Source: a virus | Taxonomy: Duplodnaviria; Heunggongvirae; Uroviricota; Caudoviricetes | Direction: 5' to 3' (one strand) | DNA length: 15,778 nucleotides | IMG/VR virus record: IMGVR_UViG_2909298281_000001 | Span: 1-15,778 of that record | Shown here: in pieces, positions 14,798-15,778 of the stretch | How the letters are laid out: the number at the start of each line of letters is the position of its first letter | Position numbering within the stretch: position 1 is the first letter of the stretch | The notes under the pieces: model-generated | Told to the model about the DNA's origin: nothing | Databases searched by the model: none | The model's input: only the letters and a program-made list of their open reading frames with translations | Translations under genes and position numbers: made by a program

Positions 14798-15778
14798 TCA
14801 CCTTTCGCGCCAAAACTGCAAAATTGCTTCTACAAACTTGTCAGAAATAATCCCCCGACGGGCTGCCGTGCTGAAATGACTGCTTCGCAGTGCCGTCGTC
14901 CAGTTCTCCGGTGACCGGTACGCTGAACCGTAATATCCCGTGCTTAAATCGTCCGGGTCTTCATCAGGCGCGTTCGTCAGTCCTCTTTCACCTTGTTGCT
15001 GGAAGTCGACGAAAATAATATTGGCTAAAACATTATTTTGATAATTGCCATAAATAACTTCATACGCATGAGGGAAATTTTCTTTCCAGTACCAGGTGGT
15101 ATCGCCGCAAAACCACGGTGCGTCAGTAATATTATTAAGCTGAGAATGGTATTGTTTTAGATCCCTACGAAAGGCTTCAACCATATGATTAAAGTGTTGA
15201 GGGTGTGACGCGTAGTCACTGGTCATTAAGTCAAATTCGCCTTGCATCCAGCATACGCCGAGGAATTTGTTATGCGGATTTTTTGCCAGTGCTGCTCGCG
15301 TTCTGCTGACTAAATCCTGGTATAGCGGAGTATCCGTTCCCCAACGACAAGCATCATGGCTGGCTCCGTGCCGTTCTGAATATGTCCCTTCGCTGCCCGC
15401 GGTAAAAGCCGATCCGCCACGGCAACACGGAACGATGAGAACCCCTGCATTATCAGGAATAAAGGGCAGTAATTTCCGTGCTATATGCAGTGCCTGGCCA
15501 ACGGTGCCGTACTGTGTTTGATGATTCGTTGCCAGAGGATGGTGATAACCCTGCATATCCTGAACATCGTGTGGGCAGTGAGTCAGTGGAATCATGTCGT
15601 TAAAGTGACATGGCGGGCCTCCGGGATGCGTATGCGCAAATCTCGCTAATTGTTTGATTCTGGGATGAGGCGCATCTTCCCTGTCCGGTAATGGCAGTCC
15701 TTCGCCATACGCCATGGCATTAGACTGACCAGCAATGGTAAGAATATAGTAATAATCGGGCGATATTATTGCGTTCAT
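14798..15778 (-). CDS. nanS: Sialate O-acetylesterase (NanS/YjhS-like, SGNH-type esterase), 326 aa
   Basis: Complete minus-strand ORF whose ATG is the last codon of the window. N-terminal MNAIISPDYYYILTIAGQSNAMAYG with the GQSN catalytic-serine motif; 326 aa matches E. coli NanS as I recall. Confidence 0.8.
   Translation of the reverse strand: MNAIISPDYYYILTIAGQSNAMAYGEGLPLPDREDAPHPRIKQLARFAHTHPGGPPCHFNDMIPLTHCPHDVQDMQGYHHPLATNHQTQYGTVGQALHIARKLLPFIPDNAGVLIVPCCRGGSAFTAGSEGTYSERHGASHDACRWGTDTPLYQDLVSRTRAALAKNPHNKFLGVCWMQGEFDLMTSDYASHPQHFNHMVEAFRRDLKQYHSQLNNITDAPWFCGDTTWYWKENFPHAYEVIYGNYQNNVLANIIFVDFQQQGERGLTNAPDEDPDDLSTGYYGSAYRSPENWTTALRSSHFSTAARRGIISDKFVEAILQFWRER

Noticed and set aside
15267-15521. 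84-aa plus-strand ORF inside the NanS-like gene
   Set aside because: Antisense to the complete minus-strand esterase gene.

Overview
This window is an almost complete integrated P4-like phage satellite (about 1..13366) followed by about 2.4 kb of chromosomal flank. Reading left to right: a P4-family tyrosine integrase (1..1260); a low-GC three-gene cargo operon in the int-cos variable hotspot (1394..5570) whose third gene, an SMC/Rad50-like ABC ATPase, is split by a complete 768-bp IS1 with a perfect 9-bp target duplication; a cos site matching the P2/P4 19-nt cohesive end; the psu-delta-sid late operon on the minus strand; a control region with Delta/Ogr-type TGT-N12-ACA dyads, an iteron cluster (candidate ori), vis, and a P4-style RNA immunity locus; epsilon-like, orf151, orf106 and the 777-aa alpha primase-helicase; the crr iteron repeats; and a degenerate tRNA-3'-end-like att core. 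Beyond the element lie two small minus-strand ORFs, an HNH-endonuclease-domain gene and a sialate O-acetylesterase (NanS-like) gene. The most interesting item is the hotspot operon: by architecture it looks like an ABC-3C/Lamassu-like anti-phage system, currently inactivated by IS1. Nothing here was searched against a database; all family assignments rest on motifs, gene order, lengths and my recollection of P4 biology.
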